Shown here: piece after piece, positions 1 to 9,809 of the stretch
Layout: each line of letters begins with the position of its first letter
Position numbering within the stretch: the stretch's first letter is position 1
From: Promethearchaeum syntrophicum
GTDB lineage: Archaea; Asgardarchaeota; Lokiarchaeia; Sigyniarchaeales; Promethearchaeaceae
Reading direction: 5' to 3'
DNA: 32,000 nt
Assembly: GCF_008000775.2 (NCBI RefSeq)
Contig: NZ_CP042905.2
Span: 1,200,001-1,232,000 of the forward strand
The notes under the pieces: generated by a model
Told to the model about the DNA's origin: nothing
The model's input: the letters and a program-made list of their open reading frames with translations, nothing else
Databases searched by the model: none
Translations under genes and position numbers: made by a program

Positions 1-650
1 AATTTCCACTCTATATCATCAGCTATGATACTCATCTTCCCTCGGATCATACCAGTGAATCGATTGCAAGAGATTTTCATGAATTTTTACGAGATATCGT
101 ACAAGAACCTGGAATCATTATGGGTATCTCCTATGGAGGCAGTATTGCAATTCCATTTGCAGCAATGTATCCGGAATGGGTTAATAAATTAATTTTAATG
201 GTGAGTACTTATACCGTGCGCGGTGCCGGGGTTGAGTTAGCCAAAGAATTACTTCGTTTGGCTAAAGAAGGCAAACCATTCACCTTAAAACGCAAGATTG
301 AAGATCTTTACCACTTAAAAATTCTACGAAAAATTTTTCAATTACAATTCTGGCGAGAATGGCCAGATTTAGAAGAATCTATGAATCCGTTGTCAACCTT
401 TATTAATGCATATTCCCATCTTCTGAATTCTCCACAATCAAGAAAGAAGTACTTATCAAAGATCGATGCTCCCACATTAATTATTGGCGGTACCGAAGAT
501 CAATTCGCCAGTGTTGAAGATTATGAAGAAACACGGGATTTGATTCCAAACGCGTTCTTAGAACTGTATGACGGTCAAACTCATACCGTTCCGATTGAAA
601 AAATTTTCGATGTAAGTGACATCATTAAAAAATTCATTCGCAATCAATAA
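1..650 (+). CDS. alpha/beta hydrolase, 5'-truncated by the window edge
   Basis: Frame stays open from nt 3 (FPLYIISYDTHLPSDHTSESIARDFHEFLRDIVQEPGIIMGISYGGS...). Nucleophile elbow G-I-S-Y-G, acid region IIGGTEDQF, catalytic His region DGQTHTVPIE. Confidence 0.85.
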   Translation, partial: FPLYIISYDTHLPSDHTSESIARDFHEFLRDIVQEPGIIMGISYGGSIAIPFAAMYPEWVNKLILMVSTYTVRGAGVELAKELLRLAKEGKPFTLKRKIEDLYHLKILRKIFQLQFWREWPDLEESMNPLSTFINAYSHLLNSPQSRKKYLSKIDAPTLIIGGTEDQFASVEDYEETRDLIPNAFLELYDGQTHTVPIEKIFDVSDIIKKFIRNQ

Positions 651-697
651 TCTAATTTATGATGACACTATCGAAGTTTTTTTTTTTAATAAAGGTT

Positions 698-1828
698 CTA
701 TTTCGTTTTGAAAAAATAAGGAATTTCTCCGATATTCTGAGCGACATTTAATGGAGTACCTAATTGATGCAAAATTAGATGTATTTTTTGTTCCAATTCA
801 TCACATTTGTTCAGTGTTTCAGACCAATTTAAAGCGCAAATCAAAGGTAATAAATCAGGAAACCCCTTGGAAAAATAATGAGTTTGGGTTTTAGAAAAGG
901 GAAGATATTCTCCAAAATATTTCTGTGGATTATCAAGATAGGATAATCGATCTCCAATCCAAAGTTGTAATTCAGAGGCGGCATAAGATGCAGTCATTAA
1001 ATCTTGTTTTTTGCAAGCAGCGCGAATTTTATTTAAATATTCAAGAAAACCCAAGAATTCTTCCTTTATATCATGAACTGGAGGATCTAAAGTTTCAATA
1101 TAAGCGTTTTCAATATCTTTCTGAGTTCTTTCCGATAGTTCCTCACATACGGTTAAAATTTGATTCCAGTCTTGAGATACTAGAAGAGTTTCTACTTTTT
1201 CTGGAAAATGTTTTGGTAGTTTTGAAAATTGAAATGCTTCATGCATATTAGATCCCCAGTTTTTTGTAAGATATGTGTCATTTAATCGAGCATACACAGT
1301 GATTATATTAAAAATAAGTTCCCAAATTCCGTAGCGACCACTAACCCGATCATTGATTTTAATAGATTGTTTTAAATGATAAAATATACTCCACGGGTGA
1401 TAATCTTTCTTTATCAATGCCACATTGTTTTTATGATCACTAATTATTTTTCTAATCTTCTGTTGAAATTTTGTAAAACGATTTGTACATTTTTCACCTC
1501 TACTATAAAGTATTTTACAATCAAGAAGTCCAGAAATTTGGTATAGCCACATCGATGATTTAATTTCTGTGGTTGTTTTTTCCAATTTTTCAAAAGAACT
1601 TGCCCATGCATCAACAGGATGCTCTTGAAACATAAAGTTTAGATTTACTTGTGATTTAAATTGTTCTTTATCAGCCTCTGAATCAAATAAAGTAATCATA
1701 TCTAAATCAGAATATTGTGAACTGGAATCTCGGGCGACCGATCCATAAACTACTATGAGTTCTATCTCTGCAATGGATTTACTTAAAGTAGAGGCTATCT
1801 CTTCAGCAAGTTCGAGAAGTGATGACAT
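698..1828 (-). CDS. nucleotidyltransferase-domain protein (aminoglycoside/kanamycin nucleotidyltransferase-like)
   Basis: MNT motif VVYGSVARDSSSQYSDLDMITLF (GSxxR...SDxD). The track ORF runs to 1894, but the 22-aa leader looks artefactual; an in-frame ATG at 1828 gives MSSLLELAEEI. Confidence 0.75.
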   Translation of the reverse strand: MSSLLELAEEIASTLSKSIAEIELIVVYGSVARDSSSQYSDLDMITLFDSEADKEQFKSQVNLNFMFQEHPVDAWASSFEKLEKTTTEIKSSMWLYQISGLLDCKILYSRGEKCTNRFTKFQQKIRKIISDHKNNVALIKKDYHPWSIFYHLKQSIKINDRVSGRYGIWELIFNIITVYARLNDTYLTKNWGSNMHEAFQFSKLPKHFPEKVETLLVSQDWNQILTVCEELSERTQKDIENAYIETLDPPVHDIKEEFLGFLEYLNKIRAACKKQDLMTASYAASELQLWIGDRLSYLDNPQKYFGEYLPFSKTQTHYFSKGFPDLLPLICALNWSETLNKCDELEQKIHLILHQLGTPLNVAQNIGEIPYFFKTK

Positions 1829-1926
1829 ATACAATTCTTTGGTGAAGAAATATAAAAAAATTTTGAATTTACATAAGCCCAATTTGAATTCCATACTTTT
1901 TTTACTAAGAAGATAGAATAATACTT

Positions 1927-2832
1927 ATGACTTTTTCAATCGTAGCTTTTGATCCCAAAACGGGGGATTTAGGCGTTGCCGTTCAAAGTAAGTTTCCATG
2001 TGTCGGATCAGTGGTTCCTTGGGCAAAAGCTAATGTAGGAGCCATAGCAACTCAAGCATTTGTGAATACCACCTATGGTCCGATGGGTTTAAAACTCCTT
2101 GAAGAAGGATATTCTGCTAGTGAAGTGCTATCAAAACTTCTAAAAGATGATGATTTACGTGAACAACGGCAAGTGGGTATAATTGATGCTAAAGGAAATG
2201 CCGTAGCATTTACGGGAAAAGAATGTTTTTATTGGGCTGGGCAAGTAGTTGGAGAGAATTTTAGTTGTCAAGGAAATATTCTGGTTAGTGATGAAACCGT
2301 CAGAAGTATGGCTGAAGCTTTTAAAGAAACGGAGGGAGATCTTGCAGATAAATTATTAGCTGTTTTATCTGCGGCCGATGAAGAAGGTAGGGGAGATGTT
2401 CGAGGAAAACAGTCTGCAAATTTATTAATTGTTAGGGAAAAAGGGGGATATGGTGGTTATACTGATATAATGGTCGATATTAGGGTAGATGATCATAAAG
2501 AACCAATAAAGGAACTCAAACGGATATTTCATATATATGATATGATAATGCTTGAACGAGAAGATCCAATGAACTTAATTAAAATCGAAGGTGATGTTTC
2601 TCTAAATATAAAGCGTGTTCTTATTGAGTTGGGATATTTAAAAAAAGATCCAAATAAAATTTCGGACCTATGGGAGGAAATAGATAGTAAGGCTTTTGAA
2701 AATTGGATTGGTATTAATAATTATGAAAACAAATGGAAAACTGATGGGACTGTTTGGAAATCAGTTTATAATTACTTAATTAAAGAAAAAGGCACCCCAA
2801 TGGTTCAACTTAAAAAAATGTCTGAGATTTAA
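1927..2832 (+). CDS. DUF1028 family protein
   Basis: N-terminus TFSIVAFDPKTGDLGVAVQSKFPCVGSVVPWAKANVGAIATQAFVNTTYGPMGLKLLEEG is characteristic of DUF1028 (Ntn-hydrolase-like). Confidence 0.85.
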   Translation: MTFSIVAFDPKTGDLGVAVQSKFPCVGSVVPWAKANVGAIATQAFVNTTYGPMGLKLLEEGYSASEVLSKLLKDDDLREQRQVGIIDAKGNAVAFTGKECFYWAGQVVGENFSCQGNILVSDETVRSMAEAFKETEGDLADKLLAVLSAADEEGRGDVRGKQSANLLIVREKGGYGGYTDIMVDIRVDDHKEPIKELKRIFHIYDMIMLEREDPMNLIKIEGDVSLNIKRVLIELGYLKKDPNKISDLWEEIDSKAFENWIGINNYENKWKTDGTVWKSVYNYLIKEKGTPMVQLKKMSEI

Positions 2833-3838
2833 AATCTGTTTTTTTTCCCATTATTTCTAAACCCCCATAATTACTTTGGTCTCTAAAAACTAGCTCATAG
2901 TTTTTATCCGGATTATAATTCTTATTCTTTTTTAAAAAAGTGATTTTTAATTGTGCTTTAATAGTTTCTGCGCATTTTGCTGTCATTTGTCCTTTGATGG
3001 GAGCTTTCATTAAACCGGTGGAAATTATCGGATTTTTACTTTTTGAGGCTTGAATATAAAGCAAATATTTAGGAGAATGCACAATAATTTTGCATAATTC
3101 TGGAGATATCGTTTCAATTCGATATTGACTTAAATTATATGTTGCAAACCGATGAAATTCTCCTTTATCATATAAAACGCACAAAAAACCTGTGAATTGT
3201 ATCCCTAAATAATTTATTTGTGCAATAGAAAGCATAAAAGATCTCTCTGATTCTTCAAAATGATTTCCTTGCATCCATATCCATTTTTTTGGAAAAGAAT
3301 CTCCCCAATCTTTTTCAATATATCCTTTTCCACCAGCAAATGAAATTTTATTGTTATTATATTTTAAATCACCAAGGATTCCATGGTTCATCGATACAAT
3401 CCCGTGATAACATTCCATTTTGGGTAAATATGAAAATATTCCCATAATTCCAGAATTTATGCCATGAAAGGGTATTGGGTTTAAATTTTCAAATTTAAGG
3501 GTTCCTTTTAACTGAATTACGGCAGATTGAACATCAATGTGAATAAATTTTTTCGAAAAATAGTTCTTGCCAATTTTAATTTCAAATATATTCTTCTTTG
3601 TACTGAAATCTGAAATTGGAAACGTTAAATAATAATATTTTGCTGTTATTCCATCCAATATTTGAATAAATGCATGAGAATTAGATTCTTGGGAATTTAA
3701 AGCAATACCGGGAATTATTGCTAAGATAGTTTTTTTCGTAAAATCAACAATTTTAAAATACCACCCTTCAAAATATTGCTTTTTTTGAAATTTTCCTTGA
3801 AAAATAGAAGGATTTTGAATTTGGAAGAAACTCTTCAT
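2810..3838 (-). CDS. tocopherol cyclase-like family protein
   Basis: N-terminal QKKQYFEGWYFKIVD and C-terminal GYIEKDWGDSFPKKWIWMQGNHF match the tocopherol-cyclase-like family pattern. Confidence 0.65.
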   Translation of the reverse strand: MKSFFQIQNPSIFQGKFQKKQYFEGWYFKIVDFTKKTILAIIPGIALNSQESNSHAFIQILDGITAKYYYLTFPISDFSTKKNIFEIKIGKNYFSKKFIHIDVQSAVIQLKGTLKFENLNPIPFHGINSGIMGIFSYLPKMECYHGIVSMNHGILGDLKYNNNKISFAGGKGYIEKDWGDSFPKKWIWMQGNHFEESERSFMLSIAQINYLGIQFTGFLCVLYDKGEFHRFATYNLSQYRIETISPELCKIIVHSPKYLLYIQASKSKNPIISTGLMKAPIKGQMTAKCAETIKAQLKITFLKKNKNYNPDKNYELVFRDQSNYGGLEIMGKKTDFKSQTFF

Positions 3839-4032
3839 TAAATATAATTTTATTTTAACACACTATTTATTTACTCGCATTTATTTTTATAAAATTCAAT
3901 TAATTAGGATAAAAAACATCTAGGTATTCTTGAATGTATATCCAATTGTAGCTTTGCTGGAATACTTAAAATATCCTTATTTTTCAAAAAAGTGATTATT
4001 ACAGCTATTTCTCATTAAATCAAAAAGGATTT

Positions 4033-5019
4033 CTAAATTTCAGACTTATTTTTAGTATTCTTTAATTCATGTCTTTTTCTACGATAATACACAATGGGTC
4101 TGTCACCTTGAATTAAATTTTCATCAGATTTCCAACTGGAAGATTTAGGTGATTGAGTTTCCACAACACGTCGATCTTGATGGAGTATTATGATACTACC
4201 TAATTTTCCAAAAAATGATGCAATTTGTTTCAATATAGGAAATTTTAGAAATCGTTGGTAAAATCTGGCATAAACCAGTGTATTTGCTTCATCAACTGGT
4301 GTGAATGCCACAAAAATTCTTCCGTCTTTAGATAATTTATTTTGCCATATATGAGGAAATTTAAAATACAGCATTGGCGGATATGGTGGCTTTTCTAAAT
4401 CTGTGATTTTTTTTGGCAATTTTCCATTTTCTTTACGATTCATAAACCACACTGTTTCAAGATCATCTGCAATTTCTACGATCGGACCTTCAACCACAGT
4501 TCTTCCTCCTCTACCAATTGTATTGTGATGAACATAAGGTAAATGAACCACATCAAGCTGATTTTCTATTACCCGAGAATAATGAGTCTTCCATTGGTCA
4601 CGGATAGTATAATAATGAAAATCATCCGATAAATCATCAAACCATGGAATGGGAGGATACTCTTCGCGAGGTTCACCCCACCATATCCATATAAATCCAT
4701 GTTTTTCTCTTACTATATAATTCTTAACTTGAAATCGATCTGGGACAACTGCTTTAATACTATTCGCAGGAATCAGTTTGCATTTCCCTGTACTATCATA
4801 TTCTAAACCGTGAAATGGGCATTGAATATTATCATTAATAATTTTTCCCAAACTTAAAGCAGCCCCTCGATGAGAGCACTTATCAAATAAACAATGAATT
4901 TGGTTTTTATTATCGCGCCATAAAACTAATTTTTCGCCAAGTCGGAGAACACTTATTGGTTTATTCTTTTTTCGCACTTCTTTACAATCTAAAATCGCAT
5001 ACCACTGATTTCTAATCAT
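4033..5019 (-). CDS. Rieske [2Fe-2S] aromatic ring-hydroxylating oxygenase, alpha-subunit type
   Basis: Rieske ligands CSHRGAALSLGKIINDNIQCPFHG (CxH...CxxH) and mononuclear iron motif ENQLDVVHLPYVHH. Confidence 0.9.
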   Translation of the reverse strand: MIRNQWYAILDCKEVRKKNKPISVLRLGEKLVLWRDNKNQIHCLFDKCSHRGAALSLGKIINDNIQCPFHGLEYDSTGKCKLIPANSIKAVVPDRFQVKNYIVREKHGFIWIWWGEPREEYPPIPWFDDLSDDFHYYTIRDQWKTHYSRVIENQLDVVHLPYVHHNTIGRGGRTVVEGPIVEIADDLETVWFMNRKENGKLPKKITDLEKPPYPPMLYFKFPHIWQNKLSKDGRIFVAFTPVDEANTLVYARFYQRFLKFPILKQIASFFGKLGSIIILHQDRRVVETQSPKSSSWKSDENLIQGDRPIVYYRRKRHELKNTKNKSEI

Positions 5020-5078
5020 GTTATTTTAAGTTTGGTTTGAATATTAATTAATATTTATATTAAAAAGTAGGAAAAAAT

Positions 5079-7313
5079 CTATGTGTTCTTAAAACTGTAT
5101 CCTCTTGGAGCACTTCTGGAATATTTTAAATATCCTTGCTTTTTCAAAATATCAAATAATTGTTCAGGGCTATAATTACCATGAAGAGTTAGTTCAAATT
5201 CAAATTTATTTAGAACTGCGTTCTTTGAGGTCATAATCTTGGTTTTTTCAAATATTTTTTTCACCTGCATTAAAATTACATCTTCTATTCGGGTTTCAGA
5301 TTCTATTTTTTCTGCAGTAACTTCTTCCGGGATGATTTCCTTTAAATTTTTTCCTTCAATATAATGGTATCCTCTTGGTTTTTTCGCAGAATAAGAGATT
5401 ATAGATCGATCTTTTAAGATTTTTAATAATTTTTCTGCAAGGTTCGTTCCTAAATTAAATTTGTCAAATTCTTCAAATATTTTTGCTTTAGAAGATATAA
5501 ATTGTTGATCGCGAAATATTTTCCTTCCTTCTTCTATCATTTCATCGGTAATTGTAGGTTTTAAAGCAACTTTTACAAGTGTCGAAGGTTCTTCTGAACC
5601 GATAAATGTATATCCTCGGGGTGCTGAACGAGAGTAAGTTAAAAACATTTTCGATTTGAAATAATCAAATATTGGACTGATTTCTATTTCTGGGATATCA
5701 TTATTCCGTAATAAATTAATTAAAATCGCTTTTGAAGCAAAAAATCGTTCTTTTTCTAATATAGATTGCGCTTTCTCAAGCATTGGACTTTCAATTATTT
5801 TTTGGATAGTCCTGGTTTTGATAGGCGCTTTTGGTTTCGAAATAGTATCACTTGGAGATGTTTGATCTACTAAATAGTACCCACGGGGATTTGCACGTTG
5901 GTACCTAATTATTTCATGTTCTTTTAAATTATTAAAAAATTTATTCGCTTGTACTCCGTCAAGTCCTCCCGAAGCAAAAGCTGCGAATAATTTTGCTTTT
6001 GTTTCAAAATATTCTACATCATTAAAAATTGTTGGAATTAATTCAGACTGGGGAATTTCTGTCGAATATCTTCTAATTCTTTTAGCATTTCCTGCCGAAG
6101 CTGATTCAAATTCATCGTTTGATGCTGCGATCTCTGACTGTGACTCATCCGCCGCGAGAGCATAAGCGGAGTCATTGCCCGTACTGAAAAGAGAAGCAAC
6201 TTCTTCAGTTTCACCCTCAATTGGAACAGGGTGGAATGGTGCTGCCATTAATGGTTCTAAAATTTCTGACCCATAATGGAAATCATTTATAATATTAATT
6301 GCATAATCATAACCCGCAAAAATAATATCCTTTTCTGAATTTAATGTAAAATCTGTTGTTAATATCCTGTTTATAACTCCGTGTATTTTATATCGCCATC
6401 TTCTGCGAATTTGAGATAACAATGCATCGGGGAATTCAAATGAAATTAAAAAAGCTGACCCCATTCCAAGTAATACCTCATTTCGAGAATTTCCATTGAT
6501 ATCAGAAATTAAAATTGAAGTAATACGATCTTCTACGGGGGTTTTTAGAATAATGTTACCATACATATCTAAGAAATACAAATTTTTATCATTTCCACCA
6601 GTTACAATATACGGATATCCTGAAGAATCTAAAATCCCAATATCACAAGCTAGAAGCGGTTTTTCTCCTGAAAATTCCCAAATTAGGGTGCCATTAAGAG
6701 AATTTAGAACTGATAATCCTCCTTCTTTAAATATAATAACTATTTCTAAACGATTGTTCCATAAAACATCTGCAATTTTTACGGATTGGATTCTAAAAGG
6801 TAACTCTTTACGCCATAGTTCTTCTAAACCACTTTCAGTAAGAGAAAATACTCGTAAAGTTTTGTCCCAAGAGCCTGCAATGATTTCTAAATTAGAATCC
6901 CCATTTAGATCGGCAGTAGTACAGCTATTTACGAAATTTTCAAACGTTTCAGAACAAAATTCGAAAAAGTTCTTTGTTTCTTCGTCAAATTTTAGAACTC
7001 TTAAAGTATTATCTCCTAAACCAATTATGATTTCAGATTTCCCATTTTTTGTTAGATCTGCGGTAGACACACATCTAACCCATGTTGAAAATTCAATTTT
7101 TTGAAAAATTTCTAACCTGTTAAAATTTAAAATATACAAGTTATTATCTTGATTGGCAACTGCTATGAATTTATCCCTTTCATTCTCTCCGATCGAAACT
7201 ATAGCGGCATCCCTAATAACACTGGGTAATTTTTTACGGAGAATAGAATGAATATGTTGCACAATCATCGATTTTTCATGACCTCGATTTTCAGTAGAGA
7301 CGGTTCTTTCCAT
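5079..7313 (-). CDS. FG-GAP/WD-like beta-propeller protein with four C-terminal PRGY-containing modules
   Basis: N-terminal half has repeated blades (CVSTADLTKNGKSEIIIGLGDNTLRVLKF; SCTTADLNGDSNLEIIAGSWDKTLRVF; ILISDINGNSRNEVLLG). C-terminal part has four ~50-aa repeats ending PRGY. Confidence 0.75.
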   Translation of the reverse strand: MERTVSTENRGHEKSMIVQHIHSILRKKLPSVIRDAAIVSIGENERDKFIAVANQDNNLYILNFNRLEIFQKIEFSTWVRCVSTADLTKNGKSEIIIGLGDNTLRVLKFDEETKNFFEFCSETFENFVNSCTTADLNGDSNLEIIAGSWDKTLRVFSLTESGLEELWRKELPFRIQSVKIADVLWNNRLEIVIIFKEGGLSVLNSLNGTLIWEFSGEKPLLACDIGILDSSGYPYIVTGGNDKNLYFLDMYGNIILKTPVEDRITSILISDINGNSRNEVLLGMGSAFLISFEFPDALLSQIRRRWRYKIHGVINRILTTDFTLNSEKDIIFAGYDYAINIINDFHYGSEILEPLMAAPFHPVPIEGETEEVASLFSTGNDSAYALAADESQSEIAASNDEFESASAGNAKRIRRYSTEIPQSELIPTIFNDVEYFETKAKLFAAFASGGLDGVQANKFFNNLKEHEIIRYQRANPRGYYLVDQTSPSDTISKPKAPIKTRTIQKIIESPMLEKAQSILEKERFFASKAILINLLRNNDIPEIEISPIFDYFKSKMFLTYSRSAPRGYTFIGSEEPSTLVKVALKPTITDEMIEEGRKIFRDQQFISSKAKIFEEFDKFNLGTNLAEKLLKILKDRSIISYSAKKPRGYHYIEGKNLKEIIPEEVTAEKIESETRIEDVILMQVKKIFEKTKIMTSKNAVLNKFEFELTLHGNYSPEQLFDILKKQGYLKYSRSAPRGYSFKNT
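5082..6050 (-). repeat. region encoding four degenerate protein modules 'SKA-x30-35-Y(S/Q)R-x-x-PRGY'
   Basis: YFETKAKLFAAF...IIRYQRANPRGYYLVD; FFASKAILINLL...FLTYSRSAPRGYTFIG; FISSKAKIFEEF...IISYSAKKPRGYHYIE; IMTSKNAVLNKF...YLKYSRSAPRGYSFKN. Confidence 0.85.
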
Positions 7314-7389
7314 AAAAAACTTGCACTAAATTATTCTTAAATATTATGATAATATCTGGATGTTTCGTTTTAGAAAAAATAAAAATGTG

Positions 7390-8418
7390 TTAATTTAAAT
7401 CAGAATGGTGAAAATCAGTAGTTGTAGAGGTTGGTGTTGTTAAAACTTTCGTATTTCTTAGTCTGAGCTGAGAATAAGACCATATTTGTTTTGCCCGAGT
7501 TCGTAAGGTAACCTCAGTAATTCGCGCAATTTGAGCAATACTTGATTGAGTTCGCTTTTCTTCAGTATCTTTAGCTGCGAGATATAAAGTTGCAGCTGCA
7601 ATTCCTTTCGGATCTTTTCCCGTTCGTTCTAAACCCGCTCTTCTGGCTGTAAAAAGAAGTTTCTTAGCTTTTTGTTGAATTGGCATGGATAATTTTAATT
7701 CATTTCCAAACCGAAATATTAAACGTTCCGAACAAATTGGGCTATACCTCAATCCTAATTCTGGTAGAACTTCACGCACTATCAAAGCTAGTGATTTATG
7801 TATGTTTCTAAGTGGAAGAAGTGAAAAATCAACGACCTCTTCTAAAAGTCTGGGATATTGATGAACCCGTATTGCAGCATAGACGCTGGCAGCGATGAAA
7901 CCTTCAATTGAACGTCCCATAGTCAATTTTTTTTTTGCGGAAATTTTATAAATAGACCAAGCTGTTTCTTGGATAAAATTTGGAATTGCTAAACGATTAG
8001 AGAGGGTACTCAACTTTGGTTTAGCTTCCCAATAATTTCTCTCAAGAGAATTTATCAAAGAACCTTGAATTTTACTAAGTCTAGCAAATAATGCCCTACG
8101 TTGCGGTTGAAGTTGTTTACCTCTAGCATCAGTATTAAAATTTCCAATAATCGTTCTATTCCCGAAACATCTCCAAAGAGGTTCTGTACGGCGTCTACTG
8201 CTAATTTCACTTGCATTATATGCTCTACGTTCTGAATTAATGAGATAAGGTGACAAAACTGTACCACAATTCACACAAACAAACTCTGATGAATTATTCA
8301 AGATCAACTTTGGATCGGGGCAACATGGCTCATCTGGAGTGTACTCTAATTCAACTTGCCTGCGAGTATTTCCATGGCTGTGATTATTCGAAATAAATAC
8401 ATTTTTTCGTTTTTTAAT
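7390..8418 (-). CDS. tfb: Transcription initiation factor IIB (TFB), divergent paralogue
   Basis: Zinc-ribbon half VCVNCGTVL and two cyclin folds (IEGFIAASVYAAIRVHQYPR...; PKGIAAATLYLAAKDTEEKRTQSSIAQIARITEVTLRTRAKQIW). The track ORF starts at TTG 8307. The frame is open upstream to a TGA just before 8418, encoding ...EYTPDEPCCPDPKLILNNSSEFVCVNCG. Confidence 0.85.
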   Translation of the reverse strand: MKKRKNVFISNNHSHGNTRRQVELEYTPDEPCCPDPKLILNNSSEFVCVNCGTVLSPYLINSERRAYNASEISSRRRTEPLWRCFGNRTIIGNFNTDARGKQLQPQRRALFARLSKIQGSLINSLERNYWEAKPKLSTLSNRLAIPNFIQETAWSIYKISAKKKLTMGRSIEGFIAASVYAAIRVHQYPRLLEEVVDFSLLPLRNIHKSLALIVREVLPELGLRYSPICSERLIFRFGNELKLSMPIQQKAKKLLFTARRAGLERTGKDPKGIAAATLYLAAKDTEEKRTQSSIAQIARITEVTLRTRAKQIWSYSQLRLRNTKVLTTPTSTTTDFHHSDLN

Positions 8419-8589
8419 TAAAAATCACTCCTTTGTCTGCTGAATTTCCATTCACACATTTCTAATATAAATCATGTTATTAAATTTATCGGCAAAAATA
8501 AGAAAAAATTGATCGGAAGAAGAAATTTAGCATCAATTATCTTTCTATAGATTAAATTATATTAATCATAAAATCAATTATATTAATAA

Positions 8590-9675
<1,086 letters not shown>

Positions 9676-9809
9676 GAAGTGAAAAGAATTCGCTTTGACC
9701 TTTTTTCAATTTTTTCATTTATTAATTAAAATTTTTTAATAGAATTTTGTGGTAATTTAGATATTATTCATAACATTAAATTTAAATTCACAAAGAAAAA
9801 TGTTTTGAT

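Noticed and set aside
925-1251. plus-strand 108-aa ORF
   Set aside because: Antisense to the nucleotidyltransferase gene, which carries a clear motif; no recognisable domain in the antisense product.
6038-7104. antisense ORFs 6038-6220 (-) out of frame and 6496-7104 (+) within the propeller gene
   Set aside because: Both lie inside the coherent propeller/PRGY frame and show no domain logic; low-stop artefacts of the repeated blades.
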